A stretch of 64,000 nt of DNA from Candidatus Acidiferrales bacterium. GTDB taxonomy: Bacteria > Chloroflexota > Dormibacteria > Aeolococcales > Bog-877. The notes below the pieces were generated by a model that was given only the letters and a program-made list of their open reading frames with translations, searched no databases and had not been told where the DNA came from. This document shows, in pieces, positions 49,093 to 57,850 of the stretch. A program made the translations under genes and the position numbers. Each line of letters begins with the position of its first letter. The stretch's first letter is position 1. Location of the stretch: NCBI GenBank assembly GCA_035533655.1, contig DATLTJ010000053.1:6668-70667 (forward strand), in the 5' to 3' direction.

Positions 49093-49572
49093 CTAGAAGG
49101 GAATGTCGTCGGGGTCGATGTCCCCATCTGGCAGTTCGGCGGGATTGGGGGACGTTTCCTCGCCACCCGCGGGCGTCGGGAATGCCTGCACCCGCGGGCC
49201 GGTATCGCCTCCGTCGGAGGCTGCCCCTTTCGAGTCGAGAAATTGAATGTCATTGCAGTTGACCTCGGTGCGGTACCGCTTCTGACCGTCCTGGCCGTCC
49301 CAGGAGCGGGTCTGCAGCCGGCCTTCGATGTAGACCAGGCTGCCCTTGCGCAGAAACTGCCCGGCCAGCTCGGCCAGCTTGCGCTGCCCAATGTTCCAGA
49401 CCACCACATCGTGGTAGTCGGTGAACTCGCGACGCTCGCCGTCCTGGGAACTGCCATAGCGATTGGTCGCAATCCGCAGCTGTGTCACCGGGAGACCGCT
49501 GGGGAGATACCGCATCTCCGGATCGGCCGTGCACCGGCCGATCAGCATCACCCGGTTGAGGGAACCCGCCAT
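49093..49572 (-). CDS. ssb: single-stranded DNA-binding protein
   Basis: LNRVMLIGRCTADPEMRY…, an OB fold, and the acidic tail ending DDIPF. Confidence 0.9.
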   Translation of the reverse strand: MAGSLNRVMLIGRCTADPEMRYLPSGLPVTQLRIATNRYGSSQDGERREFTDYHDVVVWNIGQRKLAELAGQFLRKGSLVYIEGRLQTRSWDGQDGQKRYRTEVNCNDIQFLDSKGAASDGGDTGPRVQAFPTPAGGEETSPNPAELPDGDIDPDDIPF

Positions 49573-49574
49573 CG

Positions 49575-50099
49575 CTACTCCTCCCCGTCTTCGTCGTCAG
49601 CGGTCTCGGCCACCTCAACGGCCTCGTCGGCCGCGTCTCGAAAACCGTCATCTTTCGCGACCTCGGCCTCCAGAGCATCGTCGGCCAGCTCTGCGGTTTC
49701 ATCGTCCGTCGGCTTCGCGCTTTCGGGGAGGGCGCCTTCAGCGACCTCTCCCCGGTCCTTGCCACGGGTCCGGACGCGACCGCGGCGGTCCTCATCCCCC
49801 GGCAGGTAGTACACCTGCTTCAGGCTGATCAGCTGGCGAATCACCCGTTCGTCCAGCCGGAGTTGCCGCTCCAATTCTCGAACCTTGTCCGCCGGCAAGG
49901 TGAGCTCCTTGAGGGCGTAGTACCCGTCGTTGAAGCCGCCGATAGGGTAGGCGAGCCGGCGGCGTCCCCAGAGGGAAGATTTGGTCATCTCGCCACCATG
50001 GCCGGCGATCAACGAGGCCACCTCGTCCATGACGGTGCGCACCTGATCCTCATCGATATCAGGGCGGACGATGTAGAAAAGTTCGTACTCGCGGTCCAA
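49575..50099 (-). CDS. rpsF: 30S ribosomal protein S6 with a long acidic C-terminal extension
   Basis: REYELFYIVRPDIDEDQV…WGRRRLAYPI. TTG start. The last roughly 75 aa are Asp/Glu-rich. Confidence 0.85.
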   Translation of the reverse strand: MDREYELFYIVRPDIDEDQVRTVMDEVASLIAGHGGEMTKSSLWGRRRLAYPIGGFNDGYYALKELTLPADKVRELERQLRLDERVIRQLISLKQVYYLPGDEDRRGRVRTRGKDRGEVAEGALPESAKPTDDETAELADDALEAEVAKDDGFRDAADEAVEVAETADDEDGEE

Positions 50100-50214
50100 G
50101 TGAAGCGCCTCCCAGGTCCTTTGGGTATGCAGCCGGCTGGGTACCGGGTGCAGGGGAGTCGCAGTCTAGCATTCGAGCCTGGCAGATGATCGCCGCGAGG
50201 TCCGGGCGGGGCGC

Positions 50215-51036
50215 CTATTGCCCGAGTCCCAGCTCCTTGATCAGGCGCCCGCCATACCATCGGGTGAAGAGTGCCACCCCGCCCGCCAGGGCGACGGCCA
50301 GCAGGACGGTGACCAGCGGATGGAGCGCGCTGTTCGACAGCGGCAGCAGAGCGCCCACCAGGCAGCCCAGGGCCAGCGCCACCGATATCGCCCCAACCGA
50401 AAGCAAGGGCAACCAAACGGAGATCCTGATGGCCCTCGTGACCGGAGGAGTGGTCATGGTGGCCAGCCGGTCCCGGCGAATGATGGTCAGGACCTGGACG
50501 TAGTTCAGGTTGGGGGTCACGGTCAGGCCCACCACCGTCGCGCCCCCAACTCGTACCTTCTCGAAGAGTTCGGAGCGCACCCGGAACTGCTCCACGTTTT
50601 TGCCGACGCTGATCGCCACCGTGGCCAGCCCCGGGGTCGGCGAGACCAGGCTGGCTCCCATCAGCGGCCCTTGGACGTTGCGCGCCGGGAGGCGGCGGTC
50701 ACGACGGGCCAACCTCATGGCGGGCCCCAGCACCGAACCAACGATCCCGGTGATGACCAGCGCCACCAGCATGACCACTACCCCCAGGAGCAGATCGCTC
50801 TGTCCGATCTCAACTAGAAGTCCCAAGATGGCGGCCGCTATCATGACCAGGCTGACCACGGTGTACGCCAAGGTGAGCCGGGTGACGACTCGGGGGGCCA
50901 GCCCCTCCAGTAGTCCGCCCCGGCGCATCATGTCGGCCCGCCGAGGAGCCGGCGTCTGATCGCGGACGGCGGTTCGCTGCTGGTTCTCCAGTCGAGCCTG
51001 GCGGCGTCGGAGTTCTCTGCTTCCCGGGTTACGCAT
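50215..51036 (-). CDS. hypothetical membrane protein
   Basis: 273 aa with TM segments at both ends flanking a soluble middle. No family recognised. Confidence 0.5.
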   Translation of the reverse strand: MRNPGSRELRRRQARLENQQRTAVRDQTPAPRRADMMRRGGLLEGLAPRVVTRLTLAYTVVSLVMIAAAILGLLVEIGQSDLLLGVVVMLVALVITGIVGSVLGPAMRLARRDRRLPARNVQGPLMGASLVSPTPGLATVAISVGKNVEQFRVRSELFEKVRVGGATVVGLTVTPNLNYVQVLTIIRRDRLATMTTPPVTRAIRISVWLPLLSVGAISVALALGCLVGALLPLSNSALHPLVTVLLAVALAGGVALFTRWYGGRLIKELGLGQ

Positions 51037-51134
51037 GGGAGGCTAAGGATCGCATTTGGACGACGGTTGGCGCGTCGGGGGTCCCCAGCGGGAACCGGCG
51101 TGGCCTCCGGCAGCTCTCGAAAGCGCTGCGGGCG

Positions 51135-51211
<77 letters not shown>

Positions 51212-51260
51212 GCGCCGTCTCGGGCGCCCAGTCTACCGAACGCCAGAGCGATCGCCCCCG

Positions 51261-52208
51261 TTAGCCCAGCCCCGGTTGCACCTGCTCCACGGAATAGCCG
51301 AGCTCCGCCGTGACGGGGATGGTCCCAACCGAAATCGAAGGGAGGTCGTGGACGGTAACGCCGTCGGACCAGAATCCAGCGGCAGTCACACTGTAGACCA
51401 GACCGGCGCCCATCACACCACCCTCTACATAGCTCTGAGGAACCCACCTGCCAACCGACGAGAGTGACCCGTCCGGCCACGTCCACGACACCACCTCGGG
51501 TGTCGCCTCAACGACCCAGACCACGTGCAGCGTCTCGCCGGGATCTCCGTCACCGGCGTCAGGCACCATGAGGTCTATCTCCGCAAATTTGGACTCCGGC
51601 GCGGGAGTCAACTGCGCGTTCACCGGGACCCCGACGACTCCGAGGCTCGCGGGCGTGACCTCGATGGTCTCGTTCGGCACTTGGCCTGCGACGGCCGCCA
51701 GGAACGAGCTCGGGTCGAGGCCGGGAAGGCAGGATGCGGGCGCCGTCTGGGGAACACATGGACTTGGACTTCGCGGCGCGGAGACAAGTTGCACAAAGCG
51801 CACCGCACCCGGAATTCCGCACGTGACGGAATATTGCCAACCCCAGTCGGTAACCGGAGTCGAATAGACGACGGGGATCCGTTGCCCGTCTGCTGTCCAC
51901 ACGGCGCCTCCGAGACTGTCCGCGCCTTGTCCTGCCGCAGCAGCCCACTCAGTGGTGCTGTAAGGCGTGCAAGCCGCTTGGATGGTCGGTGGTGTCGTGG
52001 CCCAGCGATGGTAGAGCGCCGGCTGAGTAGGCGCCGACGGTCCTTGGATACCGACGCACTGGCCACCGAATGTCAGTACTCCCGACGTCGCCTGACAGCC
52101 CACCGTTGGGTTCGTGCCGGGAAAGTCGGCATCTGCACTGCGCTCCACGAGAGGGAGTGCGATCGCCGCGAGAAGCAGACTTAACGCTAAGCGTTTGCCG
52201 TATCGCAT
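51261..52208 (-). CDS. hypothetical secreted Cys-containing protein
   Basis: Signal-like N-terminus MRYGKRLALSLLLAAIALPLVERSADA. No family assigned. Confidence 0.55.
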   Translation of the reverse strand: MRYGKRLALSLLLAAIALPLVERSADADFPGTNPTVGCQATSGVLTFGGQCVGIQGPSAPTQPALYHRWATTPPTIQAACTPYSTTEWAAAAGQGADSLGGAVWTADGQRIPVVYSTPVTDWGWQYSVTCGIPGAVRFVQLVSAPRSPSPCVPQTAPASCLPGLDPSSFLAAVAGQVPNETIEVTPASLGVVGVPVNAQLTPAPESKFAEIDLMVPDAGDGDPGETLHVVWVVEATPEVVSWTWPDGSLSSVGRWVPQSYVEGGVMGAGLVYSVTAAGFWSDGVTVHDLPSISVGTIPVTAELGYSVEQVQPGLG

Positions 52209-52798
52209 AACAAGTACCGCGAATCTGCTGGCGACCACACCACCCACAAGAGAACTTGAAATTGGCGCGAGGTGTGGTCGCGCGGACCGGAGCCAGTGCG
52301 TTGCTCCCGGATTTCCGTGCCCTGCACGATTATCGCCGTCTGAGCAGAGGAATTATTTGGGTCTGCTTTGCTACCAAGTTGAATGCTGGTGATGTTGTCT
52401 CGGATGCTGAGCACCTTGATATTTCCGGACGTGTTCGTCGAGATTTCCTGCTGCTCTGCCTGCAGTAGGTCACCCGTGTCGGAGTACGCCAGTAGTCCAG
52501 GGTCTCGCCGCTCAAGCGCTGCATTCTCTATGAGGTCGTCGATCACGACGTCCTTGACCACGCGTTGGGCGGAAACTCCGGCCGGGAGCGGGTTGGAGGT
52601 CGAGAGGGTATACGGAGGGAGCGTAAGTTCCGAGGGACTCACCGCCACTCCGGGCGCAATGGTGGTGGGCGCCGCGGTCGGCGTTGCCGAAGCAGAGGGA
52701 ATCTTGGCCGGGGCACTAGCGCAGGCGGCGGTCCAGACCACCACCAGCCCCGACCCGACCACCAGCGCAATCCGCCGCGACCGTCCCCAACCGGCCAC
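52187..52798 (-). CDS. hypothetical secreted protein / possible lipoprotein, compositionally atypical
   Basis: Signal-like N-terminus RRIALVVGSGLVVVWTAAC. The 3' half (about 52200-52520) is visibly more AT-rich than the rest of the window. The 3' end overlaps the next gene's start. Confidence 0.55.
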   Translation of the reverse strand: MAGWGRSRRIALVVGSGLVVVWTAACASAPAKIPSASATPTAAPTTIAPGVAVSPSELTLPPYTLSTSNPLPAGVSAQRVVKDVVIDDLIENAALERRDPGLLAYSDTGDLLQAEQQEISTNTSGNIKVLSIRDNITSIQLGSKADPNNSSAQTAIIVQGTEIREQRTGSGPRDHTSRQFQVLLWVVWSPADSRYLLCDTANA

Positions 52799-52877
52799 CT
52801 GGCGCCCCCGTGATATCTAGCGAGACAAGAAACATAGTCTCTGGTCGACAGATGAACAACCCCCCTCGGGAAGGGCC

Positions 52878-53165
52878 TCAGCGCCCACTGAGGGGCAGCT
52901 CCGTGAGGCGGAGGTCGAGCTCCTGGGCAGCTCGACGCAGGCATCCGACCAGCCACCCCGGGTCGCCCGGGGCCAAGGTGAGGACTCTGGTCCCGCGCTC
53001 CCCAGTGTCCGGGTCGAGCGACGGGCCCAGCGCCGCGACCGGGCCACCCAGGAACTCCCTGATGCGCCGGCAAAGCTCGGGGTCTCCATCCAGGTGGAGC
53101 GGGAATCCCCCCACGTCGGCGGCTCTGCCTCCCCCTTTTTCTTGGAGTCGAAAGCGCTGCTCCAT
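52878..53165 (-). CDS. hypothetical small protein coupled to the HExxH gene
   Basis: 95 aa from the ATG at 53165. GGGAGG overlaps the upstream stop, and 5 nt separate that stop from the ATG. Confidence 0.45.
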   Translation of the reverse strand: MEQRFRLQEKGGGRAADVGGFPLHLDGDPELCRRIREFLGGPVAALGPSLDPDTGERGTRVLTLAPGDPGWLVGCLRRAAQELDLRLTELPLSGR

Positions 53166-53170
53166 CTCGT

Positions 53171-54253
53171 TCACCTCCCGAGTTCCCGGCCCACGCCCCG
53201 ACGGACCAGCTGGAGCGCCTCCCAAGGGCGCTCGGGGGCCAGCGCCAACCGGCGCGCCCCGACCGCCCGGTCGGCGGTGCGCCAAGGTTCCAGCAGTACG
53301 CGCTCACCCTCGATCAGCGCCGGGCGGCTGTGCTCAGCCCTGGTGAACGGAGCGTGGATGCAGCGGAAGATCTCCGCCGGCGTCTCGGAGATGGCGACCT
53401 CCGCGTAGAGCGAGATGCCCCGGCGACGCCGCAGCGCGGCGTCGACATCCTCCAGCACCAGTCCCCGAGCGGCCAGCTCGCGAGTCATCCGGCCCGGGTC
53501 GTCCCGGCGCAGACGGAGGATCAACTGGTCCGAGCCCTGCAGCCGTAGGGATCCGCGGTCCTTGGTGCGCAGCCGATTGAAGTTGCTGACCTCGCGCATC
53601 ACGTCGCGGTCCAGCTGTGAGGCCGGCGGCTGCGACGGGCTGCCAAGCGAGAGATCTCCATCCCAGGTCGGGTCCAGCTGCTGCAACCGCTTCAGGTAGT
53701 AGGCACTTAGGGTGGAGACCTGGCGGCCGACCGGTCCGTAGGGGACCGGGTCGTCGAGCGGATGCGGCAGCCACCCCGAGGCGGCGATCAGGGCCACGGT
53801 GTCACGCAGCCGGATCCCGCCTCTGGGATCCTCGACCAGGGCGTGGCCGGACTCGTGGACCAAGGTGGCCCGCAGCAAGTCGTAGCCGAGATCCCGGTGC
53901 CAACCCCCACTGCGCAGAGCCGGAATCAGTGACCAGTCCCGGTTGATCCGCATGGTTCCGTCCCGCCACGTCCCCAAGGTGTCCGTCGGGAAATTGTCCT
54001 CGGAATCCAGCCGAACCTCATCAATCACCCCGCGCAGGATGTCCTTGACTTGAAGGGGAAGTCGGTCCATCGTCTCCCAGACCTCGCTGGCTCGCTTCTC
54101 AGCGCCGTTCGGGCTGTCCTGGGAGACGTGGATCCGCAGGCTGAACTGCTCGGCGGCCCAGGTCGCGTCGGGCAACCCCAGCCGGCGATAGGTCTCCAAC
54201 CGGGCGTATTGCCGGTCGGATCGGTAGGGGCTGAGCTGAACCAATTCCTCCAC
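53171..54253 (-). CDS. hypothetical protein with a single HExxH motif (HESGH)
   Basis: 360 aa, …LLRATLVHESGHALVEDP…. No known peptidase family is recognisable by eye. Confidence 0.6.
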   Translation of the reverse strand: MEELVQLSPYRSDRQYARLETYRRLGLPDATWAAEQFSLRIHVSQDSPNGAEKRASEVWETMDRLPLQVKDILRGVIDEVRLDSEDNFPTDTLGTWRDGTMRINRDWSLIPALRSGGWHRDLGYDLLRATLVHESGHALVEDPRGGIRLRDTVALIAASGWLPHPLDDPVPYGPVGRQVSTLSAYYLKRLQQLDPTWDGDLSLGSPSQPPASQLDRDVMREVSNFNRLRTKDRGSLRLQGSDQLILRLRRDDPGRMTRELAARGLVLEDVDAALRRRRGISLYAEVAISETPAEIFRCIHAPFTRAEHSRPALIEGERVLLEPWRTADRAVGARRLALAPERPWEALQLVRRGVGRELGR

Positions 54254-54303
54254 GCTGCCCCTGTCCGCTCGGGAGAGCTACTGGGGGCGCGCGAAGCGCC
54301 AGA

Positions 54304-54588
54304 TCAGCTCATGTCGGGCCAAGCCGGGGTCTCGGTCTCCCCGCCTTCGCCCTCTTCGCCTCCAACCTTCTGTTGGAACCGAGCCGCCACCATCTGCTGA
54401 GCCATCACCTTGGGGATCCCGAACTTGACGAGGGAGCGGACCTCATCGGCCATCACCTTGTCCCGCGCCGTCTCCACCGCGGTGATCAGATCGTCAAGCG
54501 AGATCGTGGCCTGCTTCACGATCCCATGGTACCCGCCTGCGCCCGAGCCCAACCGCGGGCCGAAGCCATCCGGCGCCGATCTGGGCAC
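54304..54588 (-). CDS. hypothetical small protein
   Basis: 94 aa or shorter (possible internal GTG at VKQATISL…). It lies between the ThiF-like gene and the HExxH gene. Confidence 0.35.
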   Translation of the reverse strand: MPRSAPDGFGPRLGSGAGGYHGIVKQATISLDDLITAVETARDKVMADEVRSLVKFGIPKVMAQQMVAARFQQKVGGEEGEGGETETPAWPDMS

Positions 54589-54604
54589 CGCGCCAGCTCG
54601 CGAG

Positions 54605-55798
54605 TCAGGCCACGGCCGCCGCGGGGACCACCCGGTTGGGGTTGAGGCAGAAGCCTTCGTAGTCGATCGGCTCGGTGATCGAAGGGTTCTCGCCGCACAC
54701 CGGGCACTCGGGGTCGCGCCGGAGGCGGAACGTGTTGAACTCCATGGCCAGGGCGTCGACGTGCAGCAGTCGGCCGCTCAGCGTCTCGCCAATGCCCAGG
54801 ATCAGCTTCACCACCTCGGTCGCCTGGATCATGCCGACCAGTCCGGGCAGAACCCCCAGTACGCCCGCCTCGGAGCAACTGGGCGCCTCCTCGGGGGGCG
54901 GGGGCGCCGGGTACCGGCAGCGGTAGCAGGCCGACTCGAAGGGAATCATGGTGGTGACCTGGCCCTCGAAGCGGAAGATCCCGCCGTCGACCAGTGGCCT
55001 GCGCAGGAACACCGCCACGTCGTTGGCGAGGTAGCGGGTGGGGAAGTTGTCGCTCCCGTTCACGATCACGTCGTACTGGGCGAAGATCTCGGCCGCGTTG
55101 GAGCTGTCCAGGTGGATGTTGTGCTCGACCACCTCGACGTCGGGGTTGAGCGCCTTGAGGGCCATCGCCGCCGACTCGGTCTTGAGCATCCCGAGCCGGT
55201 CCACGGTGTGGACGATCTGGCGCTGCAGGTTGCTCAGCTCCACCCGGTCGAAGTCCACCAGCCCGATGGTGCCCACCCCAGCCGCCGCCAGGTAGTAGGC
55301 GACGGGAGCGCCGAGGCCGCCGGCCCCCAGTAAGAGAACCTTCGCGCCGAGCAGCTTGGCCTGGCCGGCCTCGCCCACCTCGGCGAGCAGGAAGTGCCGG
55401 CTGTAGCGTTCGCGCTGCTCCGGAGTGAAGGCGTGAGGCACCGTGAAGGGCAGGCCCTGGTCCTTCCAGGCGTTGAAGCCGCCCTGCAGGGAGACCACGT
55501 CGGAGTAGCCCATCGAGCGCAGCGTCTTGGCCGCCAGGAGCGAACGCACGCCGGAGGCGCAGTACACAGCGATCGGAGTCGAGCGATCGGGGATCGACGA
55601 CTCCACCCGCAGCTCGAGGAATCCCCGGGGGATCAGCACGGCCTCCGGCAGCACCCCCTGGGCGACCTCCTCTGGCTCTCTGACGTCGAGCAGCTGGCGG
55701 GCTGCGTCACTGGCCAGGCGCAGCCTTAGCTCCTGAGGCGCGACCTCGGGAATCTCCTGGCGCGCCTGTTCAACCAATTCCCGCGAACTCAAAACCAT
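54605..55798 (-). CDS. ThiF/MoeB-family adenylyltransferase with an N-terminal rhodanese domain
   Basis: The rhodanese active-site loop VYCASGVRS is in the first about 120 aa. It is followed by RYSRHFLL, LLLGAGGLGAPVAYYLAAAGVG, and the zinc Cys pairs CYRC…CPVC. Confidence 0.85.
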   Translation of the reverse strand: MVLSSRELVEQARQEIPEVAPQELRLRLASDAARQLLDVREPEEVAQGVLPEAVLIPRGFLELRVESSIPDRSTPIAVYCASGVRSLLAAKTLRSMGYSDVVSLQGGFNAWKDQGLPFTVPHAFTPEQRERYSRHFLLAEVGEAGQAKLLGAKVLLLGAGGLGAPVAYYLAAAGVGTIGLVDFDRVELSNLQRQIVHTVDRLGMLKTESAAMALKALNPDVEVVEHNIHLDSSNAAEIFAQYDVIVNGSDNFPTRYLANDVAVFLRRPLVDGGIFRFEGQVTTMIPFESACYRCRYPAPPPPEEAPSCSEAGVLGVLPGLVGMIQATEVVKLILGIGETLSGRLLHVDALAMEFNTFRLRRDPECPVCGENPSITEPIDYEGFCLNPNRVVPAAAVA

Positions 55799-55878
55799 CT
55801 GAAATGCACTCCACCGCCCACGGCTGGGCCCAAAATCCGACCTGCCATCAAAGAATACCCGAGGAGAGCCGGGTCGAA

Positions 55879-56220
55879 TCAGGCTGGAAGGCGGCGCATG
55901 CTCCCAGCCATGACATGGATGTGGAGATGGGGGACGCTCTGCCCACCGGCCGAGCCCACGCTGACGTAGAAGCGGTAGCCCTCTTCGTGGCCGAGATCGG
56001 CGGCCACCTCGTTGGCCACCTGGGTCAAGCGGAGCCAGAGCGCGGCATCCTCCTCGCGGAGCTGGCGCAGGTCCTCGATGTGTTGCTCAGGGATGACCAG
56101 GACGTGGGTCTCGGCCACCGGGTGGATGTCCTTGAAAGCCAGGATGCCCCGTTCGCGGTGGACCTCGTCAGCGGGTAGCTCACCGGCCACGATCCGGCAG
56201 AAGAGGCAGTCGGCAGGCAT
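55879..56220 (-). CDS. HIT (histidine triad) family protein
   Basis: 113 aa with CLFCRIV and HLHIHVMAG. Confidence 0.85.
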   Translation of the reverse strand: MPADCLFCRIVAGELPADEVHRERGILAFKDIHPVAETHVLVIPEQHIEDLRQLREEDAALWLRLTQVANEVAADLGHEEGYRFYVSVGSAGGQSVPHLHIHVMAGSMRRLPA

Positions 56221-56268
56221 GACGCCATCATAGGTCGGATCAAGGCCCCTTCCGGACCTGGTCGGAAG

Positions 56269-57633
56269 CTATTCCGAGCCGCTTACCAACTCCAGGCCGA
56301 CCTCGTCCAGCCGTCCGATTACGTCGTCTACCAGCACCACCTCGCGGCCCGCCCGATCCAGCAGGCTGGCCGCGACGGCGGCCCGGTAGCCAGTCCCACA
56401 ATGCACCCAGGTGGGCCGGTCGGGCAGCTCGGAGAACCTGGTCGGCAGATCAGGGAGATGGATGTTGATTGAGTTCTTGATGTGGCGCTCGCGCCATTCG
56501 TCGGGACGACGGGCATCGAGGATCTGGACATCCTGAGAGCGGACCGCCTCGGCTAGGCCCTGGAAGTCGGTCACTCGATACGAGGAGCTCCCGAGGGCGG
56601 TCTGCAGCTCGGCCAGCGGCACGCTCGACCAGCCGGCCAGCCAGTCGATCCCGATCCGGGCCAGGTCCCGCCGGGCCCGGCCCACGAACGCCTGAGAGCT
56701 GGCCACCAGGGTGAGGGGAGCGCCCCAGGGGACAACCCAGCCCACGTAGGTCGCCAGCTGCTCACCGGTGGGGAAGTTGACGGTGCCGACCACGTGGGAT
56801 GGCCCGAACTCGGTCCGGGGCCGAAGGTCGATGACCCACTCTTCGCTTCGGATCCGCCGGCCAACTTCGGCAACCTCGACTTCCGGGGGCAGCGCGAGGT
56901 CCGGCGCGGCGGCCCCCTCCAGATTGAGGGCACCCATGTGAGCGTAGTAGCGAGGGTAGACCGAGTAGCCCGCCAAGAGCGCCTTGACGAAGCCCTCCTC
57001 GTCGTCGGTCATGGCGGGGTTGCTGGCGCGCTGGATTCCGATGGTGTGGCCGGGGTCGGTCGCCGAGATGGACCCGCTGGCGCAGAAGCTCCCGAACCCG
57101 TGAGTAGGGTACAGGTCAAGCTCGGCGGGCAGTGCGGCCATTCGCAGCGCCGAGCGGTGCTGGGCCCGGGCCAGCTCCTCGGTGAGCTCGGGAGACACCA
57201 GGTCGGTCCGTCCGACCGCTCCGTACAGCAGCGAGCCCCCACTGAAGAGGGCTTGCGGTCGGCCGCCGGCCGAGAGTAGGAACGAGAGATGGCTTCGCGT
57301 GTGCCCGGGGGTGGCCAGTGTCTGCAGGGTCATCGACCCTACGTCGACCCGATCGCCCTCGCCCACCGGTTGGCGCTGGAATGAGACGTCGTCAGCGGCA
57401 GCCACCAGGTAGCGGGCGCCCAGGGACTGGGACAGTGCCCAACCCCCAGAGACATAGTCGTTGTGGATGTGGGTTTCCGCCACGCAGCTGATCTTGATCT
57501 GGGCCGAATCGGCCAGAGCCTGGACCCGGTCGGTGTCGCGCTGGGGATCGACGACGATTCCCTGCTGCCCGTCGTGGATGAGATAGCTGCGATCCCCGAG
57601 CTCCGGGGTTTCCAGGGTTACGACCTCGACCAA
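56269..57633 (-). CDS. MBL-fold hydrolase fused to two rhodanese-like domains (CstB-like persulfide dioxygenase/sulfurtransferase architecture)
   Basis: ETHIHNDYVSG and ATPGHTRSH, with the C-terminal rhodanese loop WVHCGTGYRA. I prefer the TTG at 57633, preceded by AGGAGG at 7 nt. The upstream part of the ORF has poor third-position GC. Confidence 0.8.
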   Translation of the reverse strand: MVEVVTLETPELGDRSYLIHDGQQGIVVDPQRDTDRVQALADSAQIKISCVAETHIHNDYVSGGWALSQSLGARYLVAAADDVSFQRQPVGEGDRVDVGSMTLQTLATPGHTRSHLSFLLSAGGRPQALFSGGSLLYGAVGRTDLVSPELTEELARAQHRSALRMAALPAELDLYPTHGFGSFCASGSISATDPGHTIGIQRASNPAMTDDEEGFVKALLAGYSVYPRYYAHMGALNLEGAAAPDLALPPEVEVAEVGRRIRSEEWVIDLRPRTEFGPSHVVGTVNFPTGEQLATYVGWVVPWGAPLTLVASSQAFVGRARRDLARIGIDWLAGWSSVPLAELQTALGSSSYRVTDFQGLAEAVRSQDVQILDARRPDEWRERHIKNSINIHLPDLPTRFSELPDRPTWVHCGTGYRAAVAASLLDRAGREVVLVDDVIGRLDEVGLELVSGSE

Positions 57634-57850
57634 GCTCTGGCCTCCTGAATTCCACCTACTCCGGCGCTGGTCCAGTGGGATGGCCGCTATGGTCCGGTCA
57701 GCCCCATCTCGACGCTGGCGGTCACGGGTAGTGTGACAGACGGTTCTCGGAGAGATAGCGAGCTCAAGCTCAGCCGGTGCTGCGACGTCGACTGGTATCC
57801 GGCTCCGGACGTCAGACCCTGCGGGTCGGATCACCGCAGCTTCAGTCGGC

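Noticed and set aside
54304-54588. 94-aa ORF next to the ThiF-like gene as a ubiquitin-like sulfur carrier with a processed tail (…QQKVGG-EEGEGG…)
   Set aside because: The GG is internal and the sequence looks helical rather than beta-grasp. It has no resemblance to MoaD/ThiS/CysO C-termini (…PPVSGG). I kept it only as part of the HExxH-module finding.
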